A DNA stretch of 64,000 nt from Prolixibacteraceae bacterium (GCA_016649735.1 JAENXA010000001.1:2664-66663), one strand, 5' to 3'. Shown: positions 18,354-26,127, counted from the first letter of the stretch. The notes: a model not told the origin generated them from the letters alone. Numbers and translations are program-made.

Positions 18354-19036
18354 ATCTTTGCGAGTAAATTTCGTCTCTGAACCCTGTAATACTTCGCACC
18401 ACCATCAATCTTTGCATGGAGATCATACTGCAAGGGAATATCGTTACTCTTACGGATGACAACAACATCATCCACGGCAATATCCACACCTTCATCTGAA
18501 CTGCCCTCATCTACGTATTGTCTATTGGCTATCCCTGCATATTTAACTCTGCCGTAGATAACCTCTTTGCTATTTCTTTTTTCTGTGATGATGAGCTCCA
18601 TGTTTAACTTAGCCATCCTTTCCTTGTCGTGTGTTATTGCCGGATCCTCTATGGGTTCTATCAACACATAACCGTTGGCTGGAATGATCTTTTCATCACG
18701 GATAATGGCATAGATAAATTGATATGGGATAAGCACAAACCTCTCACCGTCCTCAATGATACACCGGCTTTCCTTTGGTTTTAAGGCGTTTACGATCGAC
18801 AAATAATAAACAATGACACCATCGCCTATCTTTGCTTCCAATGGTGTTTGCCACGGCATCCCCTTGTTTGGTTCTCCTGAGTAGTATAGATGTGATGGCA
18901 GTCCAAATATAGTTCCGGTTACTGTTGTGTGCCGTTCTGGATCAAAGGTCGTATCAACGAATAACCCTCTCACGGTGTCATTCTCTTTGCCTAACTTAAT
19001 TAATATCAAGTTATTAAGTGTCCTTTTACGATCCAT
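18350..19036 (-). CDS. hypothetical protein with weak tandem GroES/Cpn10-like beta segments
   Basis: 228 aa. The second half (NGYVLIEPIED...GRVKYAG...VDDVVVIRKSNDIPL) loosely follows the Cpn10 pattern. Weak, by eye only. Confidence 0.4.
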   Translation of the reverse strand: MDRKRTLNNLILIKLGKENDTVRGLFVDTTFDPERHTTVTGTIFGLPSHLYYSGEPNKGMPWQTPLEAKIGDGVIVYYLSIVNALKPKESRCIIEDGERFVLIPYQFIYAIIRDEKIIPANGYVLIEPIEDPAITHDKERMAKLNMELIITEKRNSKEVIYGRVKYAGIANRQYVDEGSSDEGVDIAVDDVVVIRKSNDIPLQYDLHAKIDGGAKYYRVQRRNLLAKI

Positions 19037-19701
19037 CAGTCCTTAAAATTAAGATTTGCAAATTCACCGTGATATAATTTTGCAGCATCATCATAAGCGT
19101 GTGCAGCAAGTTCTTCGGTCTTAAAAGTTCCAAGATATTTCATTTTACCATTCAGCCTAATTGTTGCTTTAATATATTTCCATTTCCCTCTGCAAGTATA
19201 AATATGAACTCCTAGATATTTAGAAGTACTGCCTATTTGACTTATTACGTTTTGACAATTCTGGGCATGAGTGCAATTTCGAAGATTATATTGTTGATTA
19301 TTTAAAGTATTGTGGTCAATATGATCGACCATTAAACCCTTAGGCGTCTGCATTATTAAGCGATGCATTCTACATACAACTCCATTAATTCTGGTTTCGG
19401 CATAAAAATAATTATTACCCCATTTAACAGCACACCATTTAAATTGATTTAAATAATTAAATATTGCATCGTCAACCAATGCAACTTTGCCCTGAGTTAA
19501 ATTAATTGTTTTCATGACTTCCGATTTTAAATGATCCCGAACAAATGTATCTGGACGTGGAGTTCGGGAATCCACTTTCATCGGGCAATTACCCCCGACT
19601 ATCCAGATACAAATATATAAAATTATTTTCATTACCATCACTTCTTCCTCTTCCATGTCACCAACAATACTATCAGAAGTATTGCGGGTATGATTAGACA
19701 T
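19036..19701 (-). CDS. HNH homing endonuclease with C-terminal AP2 DNA-binding domain
   Basis: Motifs: HRLIMQTPKGLMVDHIDHNTLNNQQYNLRNCTHAQN (HNH_3 type), then YLGVH...WKYIKATIRLNGKMKYLGTFKTEELAAHAYDDAAKLYHGEFANLNF (AP2). The conserved part begins at MKTINL (ATG 19515), which is an alternative start. Confidence 0.75.
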   Translation of the reverse strand: MSNHTRNTSDSIVGDMEEEEVMVMKIILYICIWIVGGNCPMKVDSRTPRPDTFVRDHLKSEVMKTINLTQGKVALVDDAIFNYLNQFKWCAVKWGNNYFYAETRINGVVCRMHRLIMQTPKGLMVDHIDHNTLNNQQYNLRNCTHAQNCQNVISQIGSTSKYLGVHIYTCRGKWKYIKATIRLNGKMKYLGTFKTEELAAHAYDDAAKLYHGEFANLNFKD

Positions 19702-19723
19702 ACTAAAATCTCTTTACTCATAG

Positions 19724-19975
19724 CTATTTGTTTTTAATGTTTACGAACCAGTAATCATAAAGTTCTTCAGATGATTTAAAAATAATGTTTTTTGGCAGAT
19801 CAACTAACAAGTATTGTCCTTCTTTTTCCCAATCAATCATTATTCTTTTTTTAATTATCCACTCAATGAACTCCATTACATAAACAACGATTTCCGGAAC
19901 TGTGTATTGAGTGTCACCTTCATCATAATAATTATTCCATGATTCTTTAATTATTTTAAGTATCTGCTCTTCCAT
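19724..19975 (-). CDS. hypothetical protein
   Basis: 83-aa ATG ORF, same-strand packing. Confidence 0.45.
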   Translation of the reverse strand: MEEQILKIIKESWNNYYDEGDTQYTVPEIVVYVMEFIEWIIKKRIMIDWEKEGQYLLVDLPKNIIFKSSEELYDYWFVNIKNK

Positions 19976-20325
19976 TATTTTGCCTCCTTTGCTTTCTCTG
20001 CCCGTCTCTGATAATCTAAGTTATTCACGCATATCAACTGTCCGTCCACTTCTACGAACTTTACCAATCCATCTCTTTCAAACTTGGCAAACCTTAACAT
20101 GGTGATGCGTTTGTCTTTCCTGGATGATAGCTTCCATGCCGGATACTCTATTGCACGGGTTAGGTTTATTCTCTGACCATGATATGTTATCACGATGTAG
20201 TCCTTGGCAACGTCTACTGCCATAGTTCGTAATGGTTGTTGTTTAGGTGGCGTTGAAACGGGTTTGTCCCAAAGATATAACTTCACCCACTTTAAGAATT
20301 TTATGATTGCCTGTAATATCTTCAT
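19975..20325 (-). CDS. hypothetical protein
   Basis: 116-aa ATG ORF. Its start overlaps the upstream stop. Confidence 0.45.
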   Translation of the reverse strand: MKILQAIIKFLKWVKLYLWDKPVSTPPKQQPLRTMAVDVAKDYIVITYHGQRINLTRAIEYPAWKLSSRKDKRITMLRFAKFERDGLVKFVEVDGQLICVNNLDYQRRAEKAKEAK

Positions 20326-20732
20326 GGTTGCATTCTTTTTCGTGTCGTTGCCCCTTCTGCCGAAGGTTGGGTGTCAGATTTTATTTCATAGAATACAAAC
20401 GGTAATGGAGCGGTGTGTTTTACTTTTGATTTAGGATCAGCAAGCCCGAGGAGTATATCTGAACAATACCACGAGCCATGCATTCCAATATTCTCGGGAT
20501 ACGCCATACCTGCACCACAACTGCATCTTACATAAGCAGCAAATCTGAGTTCTGATTCTGCAAATTTATCTTTACATAACTCAGTTCTCTTAATTTTCTT
20601 CTCGCATTCATCTTGTTTATTACCCCGTATCTTTAGTAGTTCTGCTTTCTTTGGCTCTATCTGAACCTCGAGGCTTTTTATTTCGGCCTTTAATTCATCT
20701 TCTCTGTTCATAATTGAGTTTATTTTATTCAT
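20322..20732 (-). CDS. hypothetical coiled-coil / Cys-rich protein
   Basis: 136 aa with an N-terminal coiled coil and a C-terminal CSCGAGMAYPENIGMHGSWYC. Confidence 0.45.
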   Translation of the reverse strand: MNKINSIMNREDELKAEIKSLEVQIEPKKAELLKIRGNKQDECEKKIKRTELCKDKFAESELRFAAYVRCSCGAGMAYPENIGMHGSWYCSDILLGLADPKSKVKHTAPLPFVFYEIKSDTQPSAEGATTRKRMQP

Positions 20733-20768
20733 AATTCAAAATTAAGATTAATTATTTGAGATGCCAAA

Positions 20769-20794
20769 CGGGGGAATAACTAAGTAAACCCCCG
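20769..20794 (-). terminator. possible terminator hairpin
   Basis: CGGGGG (20769-20774) / CCCCCG (20789-20794) form a 6-bp GC stem downstream of the 20874-21557 gene. The T tract is weak (TTTGG). Confidence 0.3.
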
Positions 20795-20873
20795 CTGACT
20801 ATGAAAAAAAATGCAGAAACCTGATCGGCATTCAGGCGAGTCAAAGATAGCCTATTTTTTTCTGCTTTCATTT

Positions 20874-21557
20874 TTATAGGTTTTTAAATTCAATTACCCA
20901 TACCCAAGGGTTACTGTTCCATGAAGCACGTTTTAGATTTATCGAATCCCATAATATAGCGAAGGCATTCGTCGGTTCAATACATGGCGTTTTGTTCATG
21001 TCTATTCCTTCATCAAGAGCGTCCTTATTTGAAATATCTTGCACCCTCTCAACTCTAATCCCTGTTATCTCAAGTTTAATCCGGCAGGCTTCTTTAGGCA
21101 TGAATATTGAAGGACGCTTATGATAACCTAAGCCCCATCTTTTTAAAATAGTCTCAGGGGGATTATCTTCATACATATAAACTTTTTTCTCGGATAAAGT
21201 CAAATCATGAAAATGATGTTCTTTTTTTACCGAGTTCATTAGCGTTGTGCTTATTCGTGTCCAGTGACCATAAGCATAATGAGTTTCACGCACCCAAAGG
21301 ATATCGCCTGACTTATGACTGTAAATTACCCACGAACACGCATTTGAATTAACTAATTCCCATGAATGATAAAGCCTATCATCATAAGGAATGGCAAGTC
21401 TGGGTATATCAAATTCAGATGAATTGCCTTTATATCTAAATCTATCAGGCTTTTCAATAAGATCATGAATCTTAATTATCCTTCTGGTTTGCGTTTTTCT
21501 TCCGTCCAGAATTGCCTGAACCATTGGAGTCGAAAATAAGATAGGATGTTCTTTCAT
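20874..21557 (-). CDS. ASCH-domain-like protein
   Basis: N-terminal HPILFSTPMVQAILDGRKTQTRR is the common phage ASCH-like signature. Confidence 0.55.
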   Translation of the reverse strand: MKEHPILFSTPMVQAILDGRKTQTRRIIKIHDLIEKPDRFRYKGNSSEFDIPRLAIPYDDRLYHSWELVNSNACSWVIYSHKSGDILWVRETHYAYGHWTRISTTLMNSVKKEHHFHDLTLSEKKVYMYEDNPPETILKRWGLGYHKRPSIFMPKEACRIKLEITGIRVERVQDISNKDALDEGIDMNKTPCIEPTNAFAILWDSINLKRASWNSNPWVWVIEFKNL

Positions 21558-21560
21558 GAT

Positions 21561-22061
21561 TTATATTTTAGGTTGGTTAAGGGTTTGCTCCCATTCTGAT
21601 GCTTTTTTAAACATCTCGGCTATTCTTGCGGTTGCTGATTTTCTACCAAAAGGGAAATGCGTAACAAGTATATTTTCCTTACTATATTGTAGAATAGAAC
21701 AAACATGCCCATGAAGAACAACCATAACTCTCATGGGTAGCATTTTAGGATTTGGGAATTTATAAATTTCGACATCTTTAAATAATGTTTTATCTCCTGA
21801 TTTTTTAAGTCGCTCAATTTCAAGATGGCAGTATTCGCAAAGTGTAGATAATTCTTCATCTTCATATTCCCACGGCTTTAATCCTGCGTGGTATTCAATG
21901 TGGTGTACATGAAGTGTTGTTTCTTCATCTTTGCATTTTATGCATTTCCACTCATCTCTATGCATAATACCAAGTCTTCTTTTCTGCCACATAGGATGAG
22001 TAAGTAGTTTTTGATATTCTTCTTGAGATAGTGTCGGTTTTAATTCTTTTTTTGTTTTCAT
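21561..22061 (-). CDS. HNH endonuclease
   Basis: RDEWKCIKCKDEETTLHVHHIEY...LSTLCEYCHLE fits the C..C...H.HH...C..CH pattern. Confidence 0.7.
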   Translation of the reverse strand: MKTKKELKPTLSQEEYQKLLTHPMWQKRRLGIMHRDEWKCIKCKDEETTLHVHHIEYHAGLKPWEYEDEELSTLCEYCHLEIERLKKSGDKTLFKDVEIYKFPNPKMLPMRVMVVLHGHVCSILQYSKENILVTHFPFGRKSATARIAEMFKKASEWEQTLNQPKI

Positions 22062-22069
22062 AATTTAGG

Positions 22070-22654
22070 CTATTTAAATTCTTCAGGTATATATTCTTTA
22101 GGCTCAAACTCTCCTGCTTCCATTCTTCTATTCCAATCGTCCTGTTTCTCCTGATATATCCTATCTCTTTCTTTTTGTTCTTGGATTTCAGTAAGAGAAA
22201 AAATTTCTTTTTCTTCTTCTTTTTCTTTTTTCCCATTCTCTCCATTATTACCATTGTTGTATATCGGCGTGCTTCTCTCGTGCTTCTCTCGTGCTTTACT
22301 TGTGCTTTCTATGGTGCGTCTAAAATTATCTAAGTCTTGATATTCACTGTAATTCAATACCTTAACTATCATTCCTCTCGTGCTTCTCGTGGTGCTTATC
22401 ATTGATGACTCCTTTGCGTACTGTAAAAACTTCTTGATTTTATCAGGGGTACAGTCATTTCCGATTAATTTTATCTCTTCTGTAAAGTTAAAAAATCCTT
22501 CTCCTTCTCCGAGACCATTGTAAGGCTCATGGTTTACTTTTCCGAGTATATACACCCAAATTACCTTCCATGTAGATGGTTTTCGTAACCATAGTTCGCT
22601 TGTGAATATTTTACGGGCTATTATAAAGGCACCCCCCTGTATCTTAGCTTCCAT
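22070..22654 (-). CDS. putative DNA-binding (winged-helix, replication-organizer-like) protein
   Basis: 194 aa. The N-terminal region resembles phage replisome-organizer N-domains, and the C-terminus is a Lys/Glu low-complexity tail. Weak. Confidence 0.35.
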   Translation of the reverse strand: MEAKIQGGAFIIARKIFTSELWLRKPSTWKVIWVYILGKVNHEPYNGLGEGEGFFNFTEEIKLIGNDCTPDKIKKFLQYAKESSMISTTRSTRGMIVKVLNYSEYQDLDNFRRTIESTSKAREKHERSTPIYNNGNNGENGKKEKEEEKEIFSLTEIQEQKERDRIYQEKQDDWNRRMEAGEFEPKEYIPEEFK

Positions 22655-22687
22655 TTACAATTTGTAAAATCTTAGAACAAAAAAAAG

Positions 22688-22864
22688 TTACTTAATCTCT
22701 GCCGATGCCTCTGCTTTGAGTCGGATATAATCAACTCCTGATATCCTCTCAACAACCAATCTACCCTCCTCGATAAGTTTATCAATGGCTACCCTATTGA
22801 TGTTGTACTGTTTAGAGTATTCCATTTTGCTCATTAAATCTTTCCGTTCAATAATCCTTTTCAT
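22688..22864 (-). CDS. small helix-turn-helix (excisionase/MerR-like) DNA-binding protein
   Basis: 58-aa ORF below the track cutoff: MKRIIERKDLMSKMEYSKQYNINRVAIDKLIEEGRLVVERISGVDYIRLKAEASAEIK. It shows the HTH_17-like pattern. Confidence 0.5.
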   Translation of the reverse strand: MKRIIERKDLMSKMEYSKQYNINRVAIDKLIEEGRLVVERISGVDYIRLKAEASAEIK

Positions 22865-22916
22865 ACACGGTGTAAATTTTTGTTTTTAAAAACACCCCAT
22901 GTTCAATGAGGTGCTG

Positions 22917-22924
22917 CAAATATA
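22917..22924 (-). promoter_or_regulatory. candidate -7 box (TATATTTG)
   Basis: Plus-strand CAAATATA is TAnnTTTG on the minus strand, about 55 nt upstream of ATG 22864. Confidence 0.3.
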
Positions 22925-22968
22925 TGCTATTTTTTAATATAAAAATAAAAGAAGCAGTCTTTTATTAA

Positions 22969-23277
22969 TTAAACTTCTTTAAAATATGAATAAAACGTGT
23001 CTACCGTTTTTCCGCTTTCTGTTACATAACAGTCGGACTTTGGCAAAACTAATAGATCATGTTTTAATGTTGTGTCGGCATTAAGGATTAATACATGCGA
23101 GGCCATAAATGGTTGTTCGCTTGCTGAATCTATATAACCAACCCATCGGGAATCAGGATAGTTTTTTAATTCCGTCCCCTTCATAATCCCCTCAGCGTGT
23201 GAAATCGAATCTCCGTAAAACAACGATGTCTGTTCGTCGTTATTTTGATCTAACGTAACTACTTTTAATGTTAACAT
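22969..23277 (-). CDS. hypothetical protein
   Basis: 102-aa ATG ORF. Confidence 0.45.
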   Translation of the reverse strand: MLTLKVVTLDQNNDEQTSLFYGDSISHAEGIMKGTELKNYPDSRWVGYIDSASEQPFMASHVLILNADTTLKHDLLVLPKSDCYVTESGKTVDTFYSYFKEV

Positions 23278-23328
23278 GGTTTCTGATTTTTAATGTTTCT
23301 ACTAATACTGTTTCTATTTCGACTGCTT

Positions 23329-23553
23329 CTATTTATTTTTATGTCTTCTGACCATTGCGGTTGATCGGTTATTCCTTCTTACTCTGAGCCATGCCCTGTT
23401 GCCCTCTACTTTAAAATCAATATCATGGACTAGCCCACAATCGCAACAAGCCATTTTATAACCCTCCTCAATAGGTCGGAACCATGCATTGGCTTCTGTT
23501 TTTTCATAAGTTTGACCATGTTTTTTCCTCTTGATAATAAGTTTGTCTTTCAT
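23329..23553 (-). CDS. hypothetical small basic protein
   Basis: The track start is TTG, so ATG 23551-23553 is used (MKDKLIIKRKK...). Contains a CCDCG motif. Confidence 0.45.
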   Translation of the reverse strand: MKDKLIIKRKKHGQTYEKTEANAWFRPIEEGYKMACCDCGLVHDIDFKVEGNRAWLRVRRNNRSTAMVRRHKNK

Positions 23554-23558
23554 AATTA

Positions 23559-24455
23559 TCAAAGGTTATTTTCCTTACAAAACTTATCAATGCGGAAAAA
23601 TATTTCCTGTCCCTGATCGTTGATCTTTGCATCAGGTGACCCAAAATCATAGAGCCTCATCCTTACCCGTGCCATGTTTCCCTTGTCAGTCTTTGTTGTT
23701 CCCCAATAATGGGTGTACTTGTGCTTGGGGTCGCTTCCGGCTTTTATTGCATCTTTGTTAATGACCTTAACCTCTGGTCTTAACTCGTGTGCTTTTATCA
23801 GTGATGCAGCAAAATACTGCTCATGGAACAGGTTCTGATGAATGACTACATCGCCATATTTCTTAAAGAATAAGTTCTGGTTCTCCGGTGCAAAGATGTA
23901 CTCCGCACTGCACTTTATCCACTCTTTAAAGAACTCCATGTCGTGACCGCCACATATGCCACAATTATAGGCAAAGTCCGTCACGGGGTTATCTACAATG
24001 ATCTGAGGCCTTATTTTAGCCTTATTGAAACATGGTCTGAGAAGATCGTAGTAATGGTATCCCTTCAGGTGCATAGGCTCGTGGCTCTGGAAACACAACT
24101 TGGCATTAAGAATACGTGGAGGCAATGGATCCCATAGGAACACATCATTGTCCAAGTGTACAAATGGCTCTGTCTGTTCGTTGTAAGCAAGCAATTTGCC
24201 ATATGCCCAGAAGTATTTAGAGACGGATTTCATCTCATTGAGCTTATTAGAATAGCTTGTTATAGGCAATCCGAGAGGCTTGATGACATCAAGTCCCCAG
24301 TCGGAAGAAATAAACTGCACCTCCTTAAAATGACGGGAGGCACAGAGTATTGAGAGTGCTGTAGTGAAAAGAAAATCACTGTACTTGACGAAACCACATC
24401 TGTTGCCGAAGGATTCGTCTGGATTAAAGTATGAAAATACTGCCTTCTTTATCAT
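23559..24455 (-). CDS. hypothetical protein with a DXD-like motif (possible nucleotide-sugar transferase fold)
   Basis: 298 aa. HLDNDVFLW resembles a GT-A DXD segment. Otherwise unrecognised. Confidence 0.4.
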   Translation of the reverse strand: MIKKAVFSYFNPDESFGNRCGFVKYSDFLFTTALSILCASRHFKEVQFISSDWGLDVIKPLGLPITSYSNKLNEMKSVSKYFWAYGKLLAYNEQTEPFVHLDNDVFLWDPLPPRILNAKLCFQSHEPMHLKGYHYYDLLRPCFNKAKIRPQIIVDNPVTDFAYNCGICGGHDMEFFKEWIKCSAEYIFAPENQNLFFKKYGDVVIHQNLFHEQYFAASLIKAHELRPEVKVINKDAIKAGSDPKHKYTHYWGTTKTDKGNMARVRMRLYDFGSPDAKINDQGQEIFFRIDKFCKENNL

Positions 24456-24470
24456 AGTCGGATGAATCTA

Positions 24471-24713
24471 TTAAACCCACCCACTACCAATGGCATCACC
24501 ATAACTGGTGTAGTCGGTAGAACCGCCACAGAGAATGTCTGTTGCGGCTTGAAACCGCCAGTCCCATTCGCTCTTACTGCAGGTTGTCACACAATAATGT
24601 TTATTGTGCCATTGTGCTCCTTCTTTTGGTCCATGTGTCGTATGCTCCGTTACAGAGTTTAAGACGCAGACGCGGGCTTTCAGGAAAATCCTTGCTTTGA
24701 CATTGTAAGCCAT
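24471..24713 (-). CDS. hypothetical protein
   Basis: 80-aa ATG ORF immediately after the tmRNA terminator. Visibly GC-richer than its surroundings. Confidence 0.35.
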   Translation of the reverse strand: MAYNVKARIFLKARVCVLNSVTEHTTHGPKEGAQWHNKHYCVTTCSKSEWDWRFQAATDILCGGSTDYTSYGDAIGSGWV

Positions 24714-24744
24714 GATGCAAAAAATTAAGTTTAAAAACTATGAT

Positions 24745-24907
24745 TAAGAAAAAAAATTTAAACCAAACCGGGATTTAGCTCCCGGAAGGCTGTCTAAGCC
24801 ACTGCTTTAAGCGATGGATTATACATTTGAATTGTTTTGCCGTTTATTTTGGCGTACTACCTTCAACGAACTATTCCTTTATTTGCTGTCAAAACCAAGT
24901 CATCCCC
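24745..24907 (-). ncRNA. ssrA: tmRNA coding piece (5' acceptor strand, D-analogue, P2 strands, tag ORF, terminator)
   Basis: The minus strand from 24907 reads GGGGATGACTTGGTTTTGACAGCAAAT... Next comes TAGTAC|GCC and an open frame at 24853-24794. The stop lies in the hairpin GGCT-TAGAC-AGCC. The unit ends with the terminator hairpin CCGGGA-GCTAAA-TCCCGG (24785-24768) plus a T-rich run. Confidence 0.7.
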
Positions 24908-25042
24908 GTGGACGAGCGATTGCGGTAATATCGCATCTTAACAATGCTCCCTCAACCATTTTTGTCAATCTCTCTTAGGCTACCTCGAACTCTCCTAAGT
25001 TCATTTGGGCATTACCCAACAGCATCTTTAAGGCGAAAGAAG

Positions 25043-25091
25043 TGGAGATGCCGGGAGTCGAACCCGGGTCCAAACAAACTATCTAATAATT
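25043..25091 (-). ncRNA. ssrA: tmRNA acceptor piece (P2 3' strands, T-arm, 3' acceptor strand)
   Basis: The minus strand reads AATTATT-AGATA-GTTTGTT-T-GGAC-CCGGG-TTCGACT-CCCGG-CATCTCC-A. CATCTCC pairs with GGGGATG at 24907-24901, including a G3-U wobble. CCA is not encoded. The 5' boundary could extend to about 25126. Confidence 0.7.
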
Positions 25092-25126
25092 CTCCAGTAA
25101 TATATTTTCAAAGAACTTTTATTTAA

Positions 25127-25657
25127 TTACACTGCTAATGTCTTGAAATGGCGTGTTATACCATACTTCTCTCCTGTGGCATTAGACACCCTTAACCTGT
25201 AAGCATACTTCGTATCAGGGGTGAGCCCTATAAGTGTTGAATGACAGGCATGAGTCCCTACGGTTGCTTTTGGACTTTCGTTAGCAGCCAGGTGTGATCC
25301 GTAGCTATCAAGGTCTTCCGTGGAATCAACCTCAAAGAATAATGTTGTGGAGATAGCCTGTGTGAGTACTGCCGTGCCATGGACTGTTGCTGTGGTACTG
25401 CCTGTGACTTCCACACCATCGGTGATACCTATCGGGGGCCTGTCGTTATCCAAAGCACTGCCATATCTAAGAACTTCTTCTGCATCGGCTATTCTCTGAT
25501 CCCACTCATCTCTTGGGAGCTCCATTGTAGGGATGTCGATGATGACTTTTCTCTGTGCGCCATCTCTCCCTGGACGGTTCTGTGGATCACTCCTGTCATT
25601 TAACTCATTGGCGAGTCCGAGTATCCTTACTTTAATTCTGACATTCTTGTTACTCAT
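25127..25657 (-). CDS. small protein with C-terminal fibronectin type III-like domain
   Basis: ...STLIGLTPDTKYAYRLRVSNATGEKYGITRHFKTL fits the FN3 C-terminal strand pattern (gL.P.T.Y..rV.A.N..G......f.T). GC-richer by eye. Confidence 0.5.
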   Translation of the reverse strand: MSNKNVRIKVRILGLANELNDRSDPQNRPGRDGAQRKVIIDIPTMELPRDEWDQRIADAEEVLRYGSALDNDRPPIGITDGVEVTGSTTATVHGTAVLTQAISTTLFFEVDSTEDLDSYGSHLAANESPKATVGTHACHSTLIGLTPDTKYAYRLRVSNATGEKYGITRHFKTLAV

Positions 25658-25695
25658 CTTACTTACGTTTTAAATTTAACATACAATTACGATGT

Positions 25696-25703
25696 CAAAA
25701 TTA
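25696..25703 (-). promoter_or_regulatory. candidate -7 box (TAATTTTG) upstream of the FN3 gene and the tmRNA unit
   Basis: Plus-strand CAAAATTA is TAnnTTTG on the minus strand, about 40 nt upstream of ATG 25657. No terminator lies between this gene and the tmRNA pieces. Confidence 0.25.
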
Positions 25704-26123
25704 ATCTTTTTTTCTTAACAGTGCGAACACATCTTTGTTTTTCTCATCATCGAGAGGTAACCGGGCTATTCGGAACACCACAGAAGAAGGCTTTTGTCCT
25801 CCCACGGCATGGCTCTGACACCTATCCCAAGTAGCATCAATGATAAACCGTGCCAGCCCAACATTGTTGAATATAACACCGCCTGCAGGTGCTTTACGTA
25901 GTGGCCATCCCTCGACATCTTTGAAGATGCCAAAGTCAGATTTACATTTGGTGTCACGGCATATATTAACTGTGGCATAGACATCTTTCTTCTTGTCGTA
26001 CAAGCCCAGGTGTTTAACCGCGGCCTTGTTGAAGAACACCACGCCTTTGATTGTGAACCTCACCGTTGGCTCACCTCTCATGGCATCTGTAAAATCCTCT
26101 TTGCATAGTTTTTCTACTTCCAT
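25701..26123 (-). CDS. hypothetical protein
   Basis: 140-aa ATG ORF. No motif. Confidence 0.45.
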   Translation of the reverse strand: MEVEKLCKEDFTDAMRGEPTVRFTIKGVVFFNKAAVKHLGLYDKKKDVYATVNICRDTKCKSDFGIFKDVEGWPLRKAPAGGVIFNNVGLARFIIDATWDRCQSHAVGGQKPSSVVFRIARLPLDDEKNKDVFALLRKKD

Positions 26124-26127
26124 GGCA

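Noticed and set aside
21958-22254. 98-aa Lys-rich ORF (KKKKKKKKFFLLLKSKNKKKE) in the track.
   Set aside because: It is an alternative-frame reading of the low-complexity purine/pyrimidine tract of gene 22070-22654 and overlaps the 21561-22061 HNH gene. This is a compositional artefact.
22269-22310. Tandem gtgcttctctc repeats, considered as a possible CRISPR or iteron array.
   Set aside because: Only about 3 short imperfect units without spacers, lying inside CDS 22070-22654. I saw no repeat-spacer architecture anywhere in the window.
24908-25042. Sigma70-like promoter TTGACA...TAAGAT in the tmRNA intervening segment.
   Set aside because: The spacer is about 22 nt, which is too long. The likely host clade uses TAnnTTTG-type promoters. 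The segment more plausibly forms hairpins (CTTAGG...CCTAAG, GCGAT...ATCGC) that are removed during processing.
25043-25071. tRNA/tmRNA 3'-end fragment as an attP core of a temperate phage.
   Set aside because: No integrase, excisionase/repressor module or host flank is visible in 64 kb. The presence of the matching GGGGATGA... 5' strand, P2 partners, a tag frame and a terminator nearby is not explained by an attP remnant. It remains the main alternative if an integrase exists outside the window.
25043-25120. Ordinary tRNA gene on the minus strand, prompted by the perfect T-arm GGAC-CCGGG-TTCGACT-CCCGG.
   Set aside because: No 5' acceptor strand (GGAGATG/GGGGATG) and no D or anticodon arms occur within ~90 nt upstream. 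That DNA runs into the 25127-25657 CDS. The complementary 5' strand is found downstream instead, which fits a permuted tmRNA.
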